The notes below the pieces were generated by a model. The model ran no database searches, had not been told where the DNA came from, and was given only the letters and a program-made list of their open reading frames with translations. From NCBI GenBank assembly GCA_003648765.1, contig QMPV01000001.1:290-64289 (forward strand): a stretch of 64,000 nt of DNA, given 5' to 3'. The translations under genes and the position numbers were made by a program. This DNA comes from Candidatus Aminicenantes bacterium (GTDB lineage: Bacteria > Acidobacteriota > Aminicenantia > Aminicenantales > Aminicenantaceae). Below, in pieces: positions 9,840-19,443 of this stretch. The first letter of the stretch is position 1, and each line of letters begins with the position of its first letter.

Positions 9840-10541
9840 ATGAGAGAAAAGTCTATTCTAAATCTTAAGTCACTTAAGGATCAGGTTTATGAGTATCTCC
9901 GGATTCAGATGGAGAAGGGAGAATTACGACCGGGCTCTTTCGTCAATATGGAAGAGACCAGCCGTAAATTGGGCATAAGTAAAACTCCTTTAAGGGATGC
10001 CCTTCTTCAACTGGAGATGGAAAATTTTGTGACCATCATTCCCCGTCGAGGCGTGGTGGTTAACCCTTTAACTTTAAAGGACATCAAGAATTACTATGAG
10101 ATTATCGGCTCTTTGGAAAGTCAAGCTCTTTTATCTGCTTTCCGGCGCTTGAAGAAAAAAGATGTTGAAAGGATGTTGCGTTTAAATCAAGAAATGGCTG
10201 AAGCGATAGAAGAAGGAAATTTCAATCTTTATTACCAGAAAAATCTAAAATTTCATGATGTTTTTCTGAGTAAATGTGGTAACGAGATGCTTGTCCGAAT
10301 TGTGACTAATTTAAAGAAAAGACTATATGATTTTCCTCGGCAAGAAGGTTTTGTGAAAGAATGGGAGGAAACCTCCATTAAAGAGCACGCCCAGTTACTG
10401 GAACTGATTGACCAGGGTAAAAAGACCGAAGCCGTTAATTTCATTCGTGATGTCCACTGGTCATTTGATGTCCAAGAGAAGTTCATTAAGAAATACTATA
10501 AGCAAGCTTCTATATATGCGGAAAGGAGCTTTGAACGGTAG
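9840..10541 (+). CDS. GntR family transcriptional regulator (FadR/FCD-type C-terminal domain)
   Basis: 233 aa with an N-terminal winged HTH (...EETSRKLGISKTPLRDAL..LE..NFV...RRG..V) and an all-helical C-terminal domain. It is the first gene of the GRE operon. Confidence 0.8.
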   Translation: MREKSILNLKSLKDQVYEYLRIQMEKGELRPGSFVNMEETSRKLGISKTPLRDALLQLEMENFVTIIPRRGVVVNPLTLKDIKNYYEIIGSLESQALLSAFRRLKKKDVERMLRLNQEMAEAIEEGNFNLYYQKNLKFHDVFLSKCGNEMLVRIVTNLKKRLYDFPRQEGFVKEWEETSIKEHAQLLELIDQGKKTEAVNFIRDVHWSFDVQEKFIKKYYKQASIYAERSFER

Positions 10542-10546
10542 TTTAG

Positions 10547-11449
10547 ATGAAGGGTATTATTTTTGATGTCAAACGCTATGCTCTTCATGATGGCCCAGGA
10601 ATAAGAACTACAGTTTTTTTAAAAGGCTGTCCTCTCCATTGTGCTTGGTGTCACAATCCTGAAGGTATTAATCCGGCTCCGGAAATTTTTTTCCGGGAAG
10701 AAAAATGTCTTCCTGAGTGTCAGAAATGTGTGGCTGTGTGTCCTCAAAAGGCCTTACAAAAAATTTCAGGCAGATTAAATATTGACCGGGCTGCTTGTGA
10801 TGGCTGTGGTCGTTGTGGGGAGGTTTGTGTTTATGAAGCTATTGAGGTGGTTGGCCGAGAGGTGAGCTTAGAGGAACTAATGGTTGATCTAAGCAAGGAC
10901 AGTCTTTTTTTTCAAGAATCAGGGGGAGGAGTTACTTTTTCTGGTGGCGAACCTTTTTTTCAACCTGTTTTTCTCCATGAGTTACTGGTAGGGGCTAAAA
11001 AGCAGGGATGGACGACGATTGTAGATACCTCAGGTTACGTGGATTTTGCTGTCATTGAGCCGGAGTTACCTTTTATTGATTGTTTCTACTATGACTTAAA
11101 GATTATGGATGAAGAGAAACATCTTCATTGGACAGGCGTTTCCAATAAGGTAATTCTGGATAATCTGGTCAGGTTAAGCCAAAAAGGCCAGCCAGTGGTT
11201 GTCCGAGTGCCGTTAATTAAAGGCGTCAATGATGATGAGTCAAATATCCTCAATATGGTTAATTTTTTACAGAACAGGACGAAGGTCAGCGAAGTCCATC
11301 TCTTAATTTATCATTCAAATTGGACAAGTAAAGTAATTCGGCTAGGGAAGGTTATTCAGGAAGAATTTGAGTCACCGGCCCCGCCCAGAATTCAGGAGAT
11401 CAGAACCCTCCTCGAAAGGGAAGGTTTTACTGTCAAAGTCGGAGGTTAA
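10547..11449 (+). CDS. glycyl-radical enzyme activating enzyme (radical SAM, with two extra ferredoxin-like clusters)
   Basis: A radical SAM CPLHCAWC (Cx3Cx2C) motif lies near the N-terminus, plus the inserted CQKCVAVCP and CDGCGRCGEVC cluster motifs typical of the ~300-aa activases of the dehydratase/lyase class of GREs. It lies 5 nt after gntR. Confidence 0.88.
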   Translation: MKGIIFDVKRYALHDGPGIRTTVFLKGCPLHCAWCHNPEGINPAPEIFFREEKCLPECQKCVAVCPQKALQKISGRLNIDRAACDGCGRCGEVCVYEAIEVVGREVSLEELMVDLSKDSLFFQESGGGVTFSGGEPFFQPVFLHELLVGAKKQGWTTIVDTSGYVDFAVIEPELPFIDCFYYDLKIMDEEKHLHWTGVSNKVILDNLVRLSQKGQPVVVRVPLIKGVNDDESNILNMVNFLQNRTKVSEVHLLIYHSNWTSKVIRLGKVIQEEFESPAPPRIQEIRTLLEREGFTVKVGG

Positions 11450-11451
11450 GC

Positions 11452-13815
11452 ATGAAAGACCGGATAAAAAAATTGCGAGCCAAGAGTCTTCAAATTCGCC
11501 CTTACATTACCCCCGAGAGAGCTAAACTTTTAACTGAATTTTATCGACAGCCCTCAGTTTATCAGTATTCTATTCCGGTTCAACGGGCCTTGGCTTTTAA
11601 ATGTATTTTGGAGAACAAAGAAATCTTTATTGATGAGGGGGAACTTATTGTTGGTGAACGGGGACCCGCCCCCAAGGCTACTCCCACTTATCCCGAAGTA
11701 ACTTGTCATTCTCTGGAGGACTTGGATGTGCTCAATAACCGAGAAAAATTGCCTTATCGAGTCGATGAATCTACCCGGCGGCTTTACCAGGAAGAAATAA
11801 TTCCTTTCTGGCGAGGTCGAGCCATTCGGGATATCATTTTTCGAGAAATGGACCCAGAGTGGGTGGCTGCTTATGAGGCTGGGGTGTTTACAGAATTTAT
11901 GGAACAGCGAGCTCCTGGGCACACGGTGCTGGGAGATAAAATCTATCGCCAAGGATTATTGGATTTTAAAAAAGAGATAGAAGCCACCATAGCTCGATTG
12001 GATTTTCTTCGGGATCCCGAAGCTTACGCCAAGAGAGAAGAATTAAAAGCGATGTCCATTTGTGCTGAGGCTCTAATGATTTATGCCCAGCGTCATGCCC
12101 AAAAGGCTCGGGAAATGGCGGCCCAAGAGAGTAATCCTGAACGACGGAAGGAGTTGCTCCAAATAGCCGCCATTTGTGAGCATGTTCCCGCCCGGGCTCC
12201 TCGTAATTTCTGGGAGGCGCTTCAGTATTACTGGTTTGTTCATTTAGGAGTAATTATTGAGTTTAATACTTGGGATTCCTTTAATCCAGGTCGATTAGAC
12301 CAGCACCTTTATCCTTTCTATCAGCAGGGACTGGCCAGTGGTGAGTTAACTAGGGAAAGAGCTAAGGAACTTCTTCAAGCTTTCTGGATAAAATTTAATA
12401 ATCAACCGGCTCCTCCCAAAGTGGGAGTAACTGCCCAAGAGAGCGGCACTTATACAGACTTTGCCTTGATTAATACAGGAGGAGTAAAAGTCGATGGTTC
12501 AGATGCGGTGAACGAACTCTCATTTCTGATACTGGATGTGGTTGAGGAGATGAGGCTAGTGCAGCCTAGTTCAATGGTCCAAATCAGTCAAAAAACACCA
12601 GATGCTTTTCTGAAAAGAGCCTTAAAAATTATCCGGACTGGTTTTGGTCAGCCCTCGGTGTTTAATACCGATGCTATTATTCAGGAATTGGTCCGTCAAG
12701 GTAAAAGCTTGGAAGACGCCCGTCTAGGTGGAGCCAGTGGTTGTGTGGAAGCCGGGGCCTTTGGAAAAGAAGCCTATATATTAACCGGCTATTTTAATCT
12801 GACCAAAGTGCTGGAGATAACTCTGAACAATGGGCTTGATCCTCGAACTGGTCGGAAGATTGGTTTATCCACAGGAGATCCTACTAGCTGGCGGACGTTT
12901 GATGATCTTTATCAAGCTTTTGAGCGGCAATTGAATTATTTTGTTGAGATTAAAATAAAGGGAAATAATATTATCGAGAGACTTTATGCCCATTATCTAC
13001 CAGCCCCCTTTCTCTCCCTCTTTATCGATGATTGCTTACAACGCGGTCGAGACTATCATAATGGAGGAGCTCGGTATAATACTTCTTATATTCAAGGAGT
13101 AGGCATTGGGACCATAACTGATTCACTGGCCTCCATCAAGTACAATGTTTTTGACCAAAAGCTGGTCACGATGAAGGAGTTACTCGCTGCTCTTGAACAT
13201 AATTATGAGGGGTATGAGGAATTACGGCAGCGTTTTCTTAATAAGACACCTAAATACGGTAATGATGATGATTATGCAGATTCGATAACTCGACAGGTTT
13301 TCGAGTCCTATTTTCGGGCGGTGGACGGTCGTCCCAATACTCGCGGAGGGGCCCATCGTATTAATCTTTTACCCACCACCGTGCATATTTACTTCGGACA
13401 GGTGTGTCAGGCGACACCCGATGGACGACGAGCTGGCGAGCCTCTTTCTGAGGGAATATCGCCGGTTCAGGGAGCTGACCGTCATGGCCCCACGGCTGTG
13501 ATCAAATCAGCGGCCAAGATTGATCATTTGAGAACCGGAGGCACCTTGCTTAATCAGAAATTTACTCCTTCTTTATTGGCTGAAGATGAAGGGCTGGACA
13601 AACTGGCTAAGCTCATCAGAACTTACTTTAGACTCGATGGACACCATGTGCAATTTAATGTAGTGACAGCCAAAATCTTGCGTGAAGCTCAACGGCATCC
13701 CGAAAAATATCGAGACCTCATTGTTCGGGTGGCTGGTTACAGCGATTATTTTGTTGACTTGCCCAAAAAACTTCAGGATGAAATAATTAAGCGAACCGAA
13801 CATCAGTCTTTTTAG
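11452..13815 (+). CDS. glycyl radical enzyme, Cys/Glu eliminase class (glycerol dehydratase / hydroxyproline dehydratase / CutC-like); substrate not determinable by eye
   Basis: 787 aa. The C-terminal glycyl radical motif IVRVAGYSDYF is present. The active-site loop GGASGCVEAG is of Cys-x-Glu type, not the Cys-Cys of pyruvate formate-lyase. The start is 2 nt after the activase stop. Confidence 0.88.
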   Translation: MKDRIKKLRAKSLQIRPYITPERAKLLTEFYRQPSVYQYSIPVQRALAFKCILENKEIFIDEGELIVGERGPAPKATPTYPEVTCHSLEDLDVLNNREKLPYRVDESTRRLYQEEIIPFWRGRAIRDIIFREMDPEWVAAYEAGVFTEFMEQRAPGHTVLGDKIYRQGLLDFKKEIEATIARLDFLRDPEAYAKREELKAMSICAEALMIYAQRHAQKAREMAAQESNPERRKELLQIAAICEHVPARAPRNFWEALQYYWFVHLGVIIEFNTWDSFNPGRLDQHLYPFYQQGLASGELTRERAKELLQAFWIKFNNQPAPPKVGVTAQESGTYTDFALINTGGVKVDGSDAVNELSFLILDVVEEMRLVQPSSMVQISQKTPDAFLKRALKIIRTGFGQPSVFNTDAIIQELVRQGKSLEDARLGGASGCVEAGAFGKEAYILTGYFNLTKVLEITLNNGLDPRTGRKIGLSTGDPTSWRTFDDLYQAFERQLNYFVEIKIKGNNIIERLYAHYLPAPFLSLFIDDCLQRGRDYHNGGARYNTSYIQGVGIGTITDSLASIKYNVFDQKLVTMKELLAALEHNYEGYEELRQRFLNKTPKYGNDDDYADSITRQVFESYFRAVDGRPNTRGGAHRINLLPTTVHIYFGQVCQATPDGRRAGEPLSEGISPVQGADRHGPTAVIKSAAKIDHLRTGGTLLNQKFTPSLLAEDEGLDKLAKLIRTYFRLDGHHVQFNVVTAKILREAQRHPEKYRDLIVRVAGYSDYFVDLPKKLQDEIIKRTEHQSF

Positions 13816-13866
13816 CTGAATTTATTGAAAAAATTTATTATGATTTAATTTTAAAAGAAAGGAGTC

Positions 13867-15261
13867 ATGATGTTTAGTGATAAGATTTATCAACAGAGAA
13901 GGCAAAGATTGAAAGAGTTATTACCCGGAGGAATAGCTCTCTTTCTGGGTAATGAAGAGAGTGCGATGAATTATCCGGCCAATCCGTATCCTTTCCGCCA
14001 GGACAGCTCGTTTCTTTATTTTTTCGGTCTAGATAGTCCTTCATTAGTGGGGGTGGTGGATGTTGATGAAGGTCAGGATGTCCTTTTTGGTCATGAAGTC
14101 ACGATGGAAGATATTATCTGGATGGGAGATCTTCCCTCTTTGAGCGACCGCGGCCGGCAGGTGGGTATCGACACTACTTATTCTTTAACTGAACTGCCTT
14201 CTTTTCTCGACAAGGCTATCAAGGCTGGGCGGCGAATTCATTTTCTGCCTCCTTATCGGGCAGAGACCACTCAGAAATTAAGTGAATTATTGGGTCTTCA
14301 CCCCTCTTTTGTCCAGAAGTATGTTTCGACAGATTTAATAAAAGCTGTGGTGGCTTTAAGATCGATTAAAGGACCCGAAGAAATAGCCGAAATGGAGAAA
14401 GCTCATGAGATTACCTATCGCATGTATGAGGAGGCGATGGCTTTGGCTCGGCCAGGAAGATATGAGAGAGATTTGGCCGGTCGCATGGAAGGAATTTGTG
14501 CTGAAGCAGGCTGTCTCCTGGCTTTTCCCATTATTTTAACAATTAATGGACAGATACTTCATAATCATTACCACGGTAATGAGCTTGTGGAGAATCGACT
14601 TCTGGTGATTGATGCGGGAGCAGAATCACCAGCTCATTATGCGGCTGACATCACCCGAACTGTGCCTGTTGGAGGTCGATTTACCCCGCGCCAAAGGGAA
14701 ATTTATTCGATCGTCCTCCGAGCTCAGGAAGAGGCGATAGCTATGATGAAGCCGGGAATATACTTTCGGGATGTTCACCTCCAGGCAGCTCAGGTGATTG
14801 CCGAGGGATTGAAAGAGTTGGGGCTAATGAAGGGCTCGCCCACGGCAGCGGTTGAGGCAGGAGCCCATGCGCTTTTCTTTCCTCATGGTTTAGGACACAT
14901 GATTGGCCTGGATGTCCACGATATGGAGGGATTAGGCGAAGATTTCGTCGGGTATGATGAAAGAGTTAAACGCAGTGATCAATTCGGTCTGGCCTATCTG
15001 CGTATGGCTAAAAAACTAGAGCCCAATTATGTTTTAACTGTTGAGCCTGGTATTTACTTTATTCCGGCTTTGATTGAACAGTGGGCCGAAGAAAAGAAAC
15101 ATCTGGATTTTATTGATTATGATCGGGTCAGAGAATATATGGATTTTGGCGGAGTCCGGATTGAGGATGATGTTCAGATTACGGAAAATGGCCACCGAGT
15201 TCTGGGAAAATCGATCCCCAAAAAAATTGAAGAAGTCGAAGCAGTGACAGCCACCAAATAA
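13867..15261 (+). CDS. Xaa-Pro aminopeptidase / prolidase-type M24B metallopeptidase
   Basis: 464 aa. It has an N-terminal creatinase/prolidase domain and a C-terminal pita-bread fold with metal ligands (DITRT, HGLGHMIGLDVHD, VEPGIYF). It lies 51 nt after the GRE gene, with an RBS and no intervening terminator. Confidence 0.85.
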   Translation: MMFSDKIYQQRRQRLKELLPGGIALFLGNEESAMNYPANPYPFRQDSSFLYFFGLDSPSLVGVVDVDEGQDVLFGHEVTMEDIIWMGDLPSLSDRGRQVGIDTTYSLTELPSFLDKAIKAGRRIHFLPPYRAETTQKLSELLGLHPSFVQKYVSTDLIKAVVALRSIKGPEEIAEMEKAHEITYRMYEEAMALARPGRYERDLAGRMEGICAEAGCLLAFPIILTINGQILHNHYHGNELVENRLLVIDAGAESPAHYAADITRTVPVGGRFTPRQREIYSIVLRAQEEAIAMMKPGIYFRDVHLQAAQVIAEGLKELGLMKGSPTAAVEAGAHALFFPHGLGHMIGLDVHDMEGLGEDFVGYDERVKRSDQFGLAYLRMAKKLEPNYVLTVEPGIYFIPALIEQWAEEKKHLDFIDYDRVREYMDFGGVRIEDDVQITENGHRVLGKSIPKKIEEVEAVTATK

Positions 15262-15355
15262 TTAGCGAGGTGAGTTAGCAGCGTTTTCTTTTCTTCTGGG
15301 CTTTTATCCTGCGCGAGGAAAATTGCCTTTAGTTGGGAAAAAAATCACCCATATG

Positions 15356-15384
15356 GAAAGTGAAGCCAGGTCTTCACTTTTCAC
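15356..15384 (+). terminator. candidate intrinsic terminator downstream of the GRE-pepP operon
   Basis: An AAGTGAAG-ccaggt-CTTCACTT hairpin is followed by TTTTCAC, about 95 nt after the pepP stop. Confidence 0.3.
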
Positions 15385-15742
15385 AAATCAACTAACCTCT
15401 ATCGTCATCGAGGGGGAGCAAGTCTTCATATTCACTTTTGAGAAAAAACTTTTTGTGCCTTCCCCCATGGGCTGCTCTCGAAACACATTCCCTCCATTAG
15501 GGGCTTCGCTTTATCCCCTAAAATAGTCAACAAGAAAGGGGAAGAAGAACAAATTTCAAGCAAACCAAAAATTACTTCGGTCAGCTTTCCCTAAATTCAG
15601 GTCAAAGGTAAAAGGTGAAGTTTCTGACCCCAAATATGAACAAATTTCAAATTTCTGGTTATTCTTGATTATTTATTAATCCAAATAATCTCAAATAAAG
15701 AGACTTTCTCTCTTGGAAAAAGGGAGGCTTTCCCAATGGGAA

Positions 15743-17065
15743 TCAATCAGAAGAAGGGAGGGGGCCAATTTCTAGGCGGAACCGGTTGCCGGGGGAAAGA
15801 ACTTTCTGGATGAATGCGTTAAAATCGCCAAGGTTAAGCTCATCAAAATAGATCAATAATTCTTCAAGAAATTCAGCTCCCAGACCGGTCGCTTCAAAAG
15901 TCGCGAGATAAGTGGCCCGAGAGTTTTTCTCTTGGCATTGGCGAAGAAGGGAAGCTTTAGTGTAAGCTTTTGTCATGGCCAACTCGGCTTCGCTCAAAGG
16001 TTGCTTCAGCAGATGGTCGATTTCCCTTTCCAGAGACTGCCAGGCGATGTCTCTTTTCTTCGGAGATGTTTCTAGGTAGATCTCCAGTATTCCTCCTGCC
16101 TGGTAAAGATGTACTTCTGACTGAATATCATAGGCTAATTTTTCATATTCTCTTAATTTCCAAAGACGTGAAGCCACTCCCTTACCCAGAAGGTTATCCA
16201 GGAGAAGACTGAAGGCGGTAATTTTTGGCGTGAGAGGAGGTAAGCGATAAGCTAGGTAGAGAAGCAGTTCTTGGCTTTTGCGGGTCAGCTTTTTTTCTTG
16301 TTCTTCCAAGGGAGGGAAGGTTAAAGGCGTCAACTCCAGGGGTTTTCCCGGAGGAAATTTACCCAATTGTTCTTCTAAAAGGGGTAGTAATGACCCCAGG
16401 TCTTTGTCGGAGATGACCACAGCTACCATATTCGCGGCCGTGAAAAAAGATTTATAATATTTCTCAATATCTTTTTTGCTGATATTTTTCAGAGTTTTCT
16501 CTGAGCCGAAACTGGAAGTGCCGTAACCAGTGGAACCGAAGAGAAAGGCGTGGGCTTCTTCTCGAGCCAGATTGGAGGCTTGGTCGGACAGTCTTTTCTT
16601 GGAGCGAAGCATACTTTTTTTTATTCGGTTAATGCGGAGTCCGGAGAAAAGAGGTTTTCTCATGAGATTAATTATGAGTTTGAGAGTCTCAGCGAAATGA
16701 GGTGAAAGACTAGCGAGTCGGATAAGATTGTAGTCGGGAAGGGTGGAGAAAGTTAATTGAGAAGCTTGAGTCATTAGCTGTCTAAGCTTATTTTGATCAG
16801 TGATTTCTAAACTAAGACGAGTAGTCAAATAGCCCAGGCCAGCTTTACCCTGAGGTTCTCCTCGCCGACCACCTTTAATCGTTAGAATAAGAATAGTTAA
16901 GGGAGAAGAAGAATCCTGTTGATAAATGAGCGGCAGACCATTTTTTAAAACTCGTCTTTGGAGAGGGGGAAAAAAAGATTGAGCGGCAAGCCAGTTCCCA
17001 GTGCCTATTAGCCAACTGAGATTTAATCCGAGCCATAGGGCCAAATGTTTTTTTAAAGAGCGCAT
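15743..17065 (-). CDS. M16 (pitrilysin) family peptidase, probable non-catalytic partner subunit, secreted
   Basis: 440 aa with an N-terminal signal peptide and the M16 fold, but no HxxEH motif. It lies immediately downstream of the HxxEH-containing M16 gene, as in the two-subunit PqqL/YmxG arrangement. Confidence 0.7.
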   Translation of the reverse strand: MRSLKKHLALWLGLNLSWLIGTGNWLAAQSFFPPLQRRVLKNGLPLIYQQDSSSPLTILILTIKGGRRGEPQGKAGLGYLTTRLSLEITDQNKLRQLMTQASQLTFSTLPDYNLIRLASLSPHFAETLKLIINLMRKPLFSGLRINRIKKSMLRSKKRLSDQASNLAREEAHAFLFGSTGYGTSSFGSEKTLKNISKKDIEKYYKSFFTAANMVAVVISDKDLGSLLPLLEEQLGKFPPGKPLELTPLTFPPLEEQEKKLTRKSQELLLYLAYRLPPLTPKITAFSLLLDNLLGKGVASRLWKLREYEKLAYDIQSEVHLYQAGGILEIYLETSPKKRDIAWQSLEREIDHLLKQPLSEAELAMTKAYTKASLLRQCQEKNSRATYLATFEATGLGAEFLEELLIYFDELNLGDFNAFIQKVLSPGNRFRLEIGPLPSSD

Positions 17066-17066
17066 T

Positions 17067-18449
17067 TTATTTTTCTTTGTTTAAAGGAGTAATTCTGACC
17101 ACAACATATTTGCCCTTGCTTAGATATTTCCCGGCTGCTCCCCGTAAATCAGAGGAGCTGATCTTTTTTATTAACTCTAAATAATTCCCTCTTTCTTTTT
17201 GCTGATTGAGGAGGTAATAGCGGACTAAAGCTCTGGCCAGAGTTAAGCCGTTTTCCTGAGCTTGATAAGTGCGAAAGCAAATTTGATTCTTTGCCTGCTG
17301 AAGGAAATCAAAAACAAAGAGTTGAGCTTCACCGTAATAGTCATCTGGGGAGAAATTCTGGCGGCGAAGTGTTTTTAGAAACCGGATTGTCTCTCGTTCA
17401 GCTCTTTTAGTATTTTTAGGGTCGAGAGTGAGGGTGATAATCATAGCCCCGCCGTAATAAAGTGAGGTATAGGTCATCGTAACTGTATAGGCTAATTCTC
17501 GACGTCCCCGGAGAACCTGATTGAGGAGCGGATTAAGACCGCGCCCGAGAATTTCAGTCAGAACGTCAATGGCATATTGGTCAGGATGGTTGAAATCGGG
17601 AGCTGAAAATCCCAAAAAAAGATAAGCCTGATTGACATCCAAGCTATGGCTGACCTCGATTTTTTCCTTCAAGGGAGGGGCAGGGGCAAGAGAAGGCGGC
17701 GAAAAGTGAGCATTACTGAGGGATGAAAATATTTGAGTTATTTTTTCTTGACTCCAGTTGAGATCGATTGGGCCAACTACAGCTAAAGCTGCATTTTGCG
17801 GGCAAAAAAAACGCTGGTAAAAGGCAGTTATTTTTTCTACAGTTATTTGAGCCAGGCTTTCTGGCGTTCCATAAATAGGCTGGCTGTAAGGATGGGAAGG
17901 AAAGAGATGTTGGAAAGTAAGGGAAGTTCCGTAGCGGAGAGGGTCGTCTTGGATAAAACTGATTTCTTCTAGGATAACCTGTTTTTCTTTTTCCAAGGAG
18001 GCCGGGTCAAAGGTTAACTCGAAAGCCAAGGCTTTAAGACACTTTAGAGCGAACAAGTAATTACCCGCCGGGAGGGTGATTTCAATAAGCATTAAATCCC
18101 GGCCGGTGTGAGCGTTATAATAGCCGCCTTTTTCTCGAATAGCTAAACTCAGATTTTTCCCGTTGAGTCGATGGGGATTGCGGAAAAGGAGGTAATGCTC
18201 TAAGAGATGCGTTAATCCAGAAGTTTCCCTGGTTTCATTTTTAGAACCTACATTGAAGCCCAGCACGAGATGAATTAAAGGTAGGTGGTTTTGCTGGAGG
18301 AGAGCTACCTGCAACCCATTTTCCAAAGTGAATTTCTCGGATTGGGTCGGGGCTGAAGTAGGCTTAATTGAAGAGAGAGAAAGAAGGGTTAAAACGCCAC
18401 TCACAACTAACAAGAAAAACAATTGATTATGATTTGAGGATTTAATCAT
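17067..18449 (-). CDS. M16 family zinc peptidase (catalytic, inverted zincin HxxEH)
   Basis: An HLLEH zinc-binding motif (GLTHLLEHYLLF). The likely start is the ATG at 18449 (MIKSS... with a hydrophobic signal/anchor), which overlaps the upstream K+ channel stop by 8 nt. The ORF-track start at 18596 is an upstream extension into the channel gene. Confidence 0.8.
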   Translation of the reverse strand: MIKSSNHNQLFFLLVVSGVLTLLSLSSIKPTSAPTQSEKFTLENGLQVALLQQNHLPLIHLVLGFNVGSKNETRETSGLTHLLEHYLLFRNPHRLNGKNLSLAIREKGGYYNAHTGRDLMLIEITLPAGNYLFALKCLKALAFELTFDPASLEKEKQVILEEISFIQDDPLRYGTSLTFQHLFPSHPYSQPIYGTPESLAQITVEKITAFYQRFFCPQNAALAVVGPIDLNWSQEKITQIFSSLSNAHFSPPSLAPAPPLKEKIEVSHSLDVNQAYLFLGFSAPDFNHPDQYAIDVLTEILGRGLNPLLNQVLRGRRELAYTVTMTYTSLYYGGAMIITLTLDPKNTKRAERETIRFLKTLRRQNFSPDDYYGEAQLFVFDFLQQAKNQICFRTYQAQENGLTLARALVRYYLLNQQKERGNYLELIKKISSSDLRGAAGKYLSKGKYVVVRITPLNKEK

Positions 18450-19443
18450 TATGTTCCGGATTAAGATAATTTTTTTGGAAAAGGTCGATTGATTGGGTAT
18501 CCCCCATGACCAACAGGGTGTCGCCGGGGTGGATCTTTGTTCCAGGATCGGGATTAAAGACAATATCTTGGCCGGGTTTTTTGATGGCCACGACAATTAC
18601 ATTCGCTTTCTTCCTTAAATCGCATTCGACAATTGTTTTATTGTTAATCCGGGCTTTTTTGCTAACCACAAATTCATCCATATAAAGAGATAATTCTTTT
18701 CGGCGAATAATCAGGTCCATAAAGTCAACTAAAGTTGGTCGGATTAATCCTTGGGCGATCTTTAAACCACTAAGTTTATAAGGATTAACTACACGGTTGG
18801 CTCCTATTTGGAGAATTTTTTTCTCACCTTCTTCATCTAAGGCTTTAGAGAGAACAAAAATAGATGGATTAAGGAGTTTGGCGGTGAAACTCAGGTAGAG
18901 ATTATTCGCATCACTGGGTAGAAGAGCGGCCAAAGCCTTAGCTTTTTTTACTTTGGCTTTAAGGAGGACTTCTTCTTGAGTGGCGTCACCCAGAATATAA
19001 AGACAGTTGTTTTGGTTAGCCAAGTCTTTTAGGGATTCTTCATTTTTTTCAATAACTACATAGGGCAGATTTTCTTCCTCTAGTCTTTCGCGGACAATTT
19101 TCCCCATGCGGCCATGGCCGCAAATTATATAATGATCCTTTAAATTCTGGATGTCTTTTTGCATTTTTTTTCTCCGAAAATATTGATGGAAGCCTCCTTC
19201 ATAAACGGCTTCGCCGATCTTTGTTAAGGCGAAGATAGCTGTGCCCACTCCACCGAGGATGATGAAGATAGTAAAGATTTGTCCTCCAGGGGTTAGAGGT
19301 TCTTTAACTTCCCGGAAACCCACCGTGGTAATGGTGATGATGGTCATATAAAGAGAATCGAGGAAAGCCAAGTTTTCAATGAGGTGATAGCCGATAGTAC
19401 CAATTAGAATCACCAGGAGGATTAAGACAATTGGCTTCCACAT
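18442..19443 (-). CDS. potassium channel with two-TM pore and RCK/TrkA-N plus TrkA-C domains
   Basis: 333 aa with an N-terminal TM-pore-TM containing a TTVGF selectivity-filter-like motif, then a Rossmann GHGRMG (GxGxxG) RCK domain and a TrkA-C-like C-terminus. Confidence 0.8.
   Translation of the reverse strand: MWKPIVLILLVILIGTIGYHLIENLAFLDSLYMTIITITTVGFREVKEPLTPGGQIFTIFIILGGVGTAIFALTKIGEAVYEGGFHQYFRRKKMQKDIQNLKDHYIICGHGRMGKIVRERLEEENLPYVVIEKNEESLKDLANQNNCLYILGDATQEEVLLKAKVKKAKALAALLPSDANNLYLSFTAKLLNPSIFVLSKALDEEGEKKILQIGANRVVNPYKLSGLKIAQGLIRPTLVDFMDLIIRRKELSLYMDEFVVSKKARINNKTIVECDLRKKANVIVVAIKKPGQDIVFNPDPGTKIHPGDTLLVMGDTQSIDLFQKNYLNPEHND

Noticed and set aside
11554-11952. 132-aa antisense ORF inside the glycyl radical enzyme gene
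   Set aside because: Shadow ORF with no supporting features. Likewise 13573..13803, 10253..10486, 7509..7769 and 7928..8179.
15323-15526. 67-aa ORF in the intergenic region after pepP
   Set aside because: It has no RBS and its composition is unremarkable. The region is better explained as 3' UTR plus terminator, and the call is retained only as unlikely.
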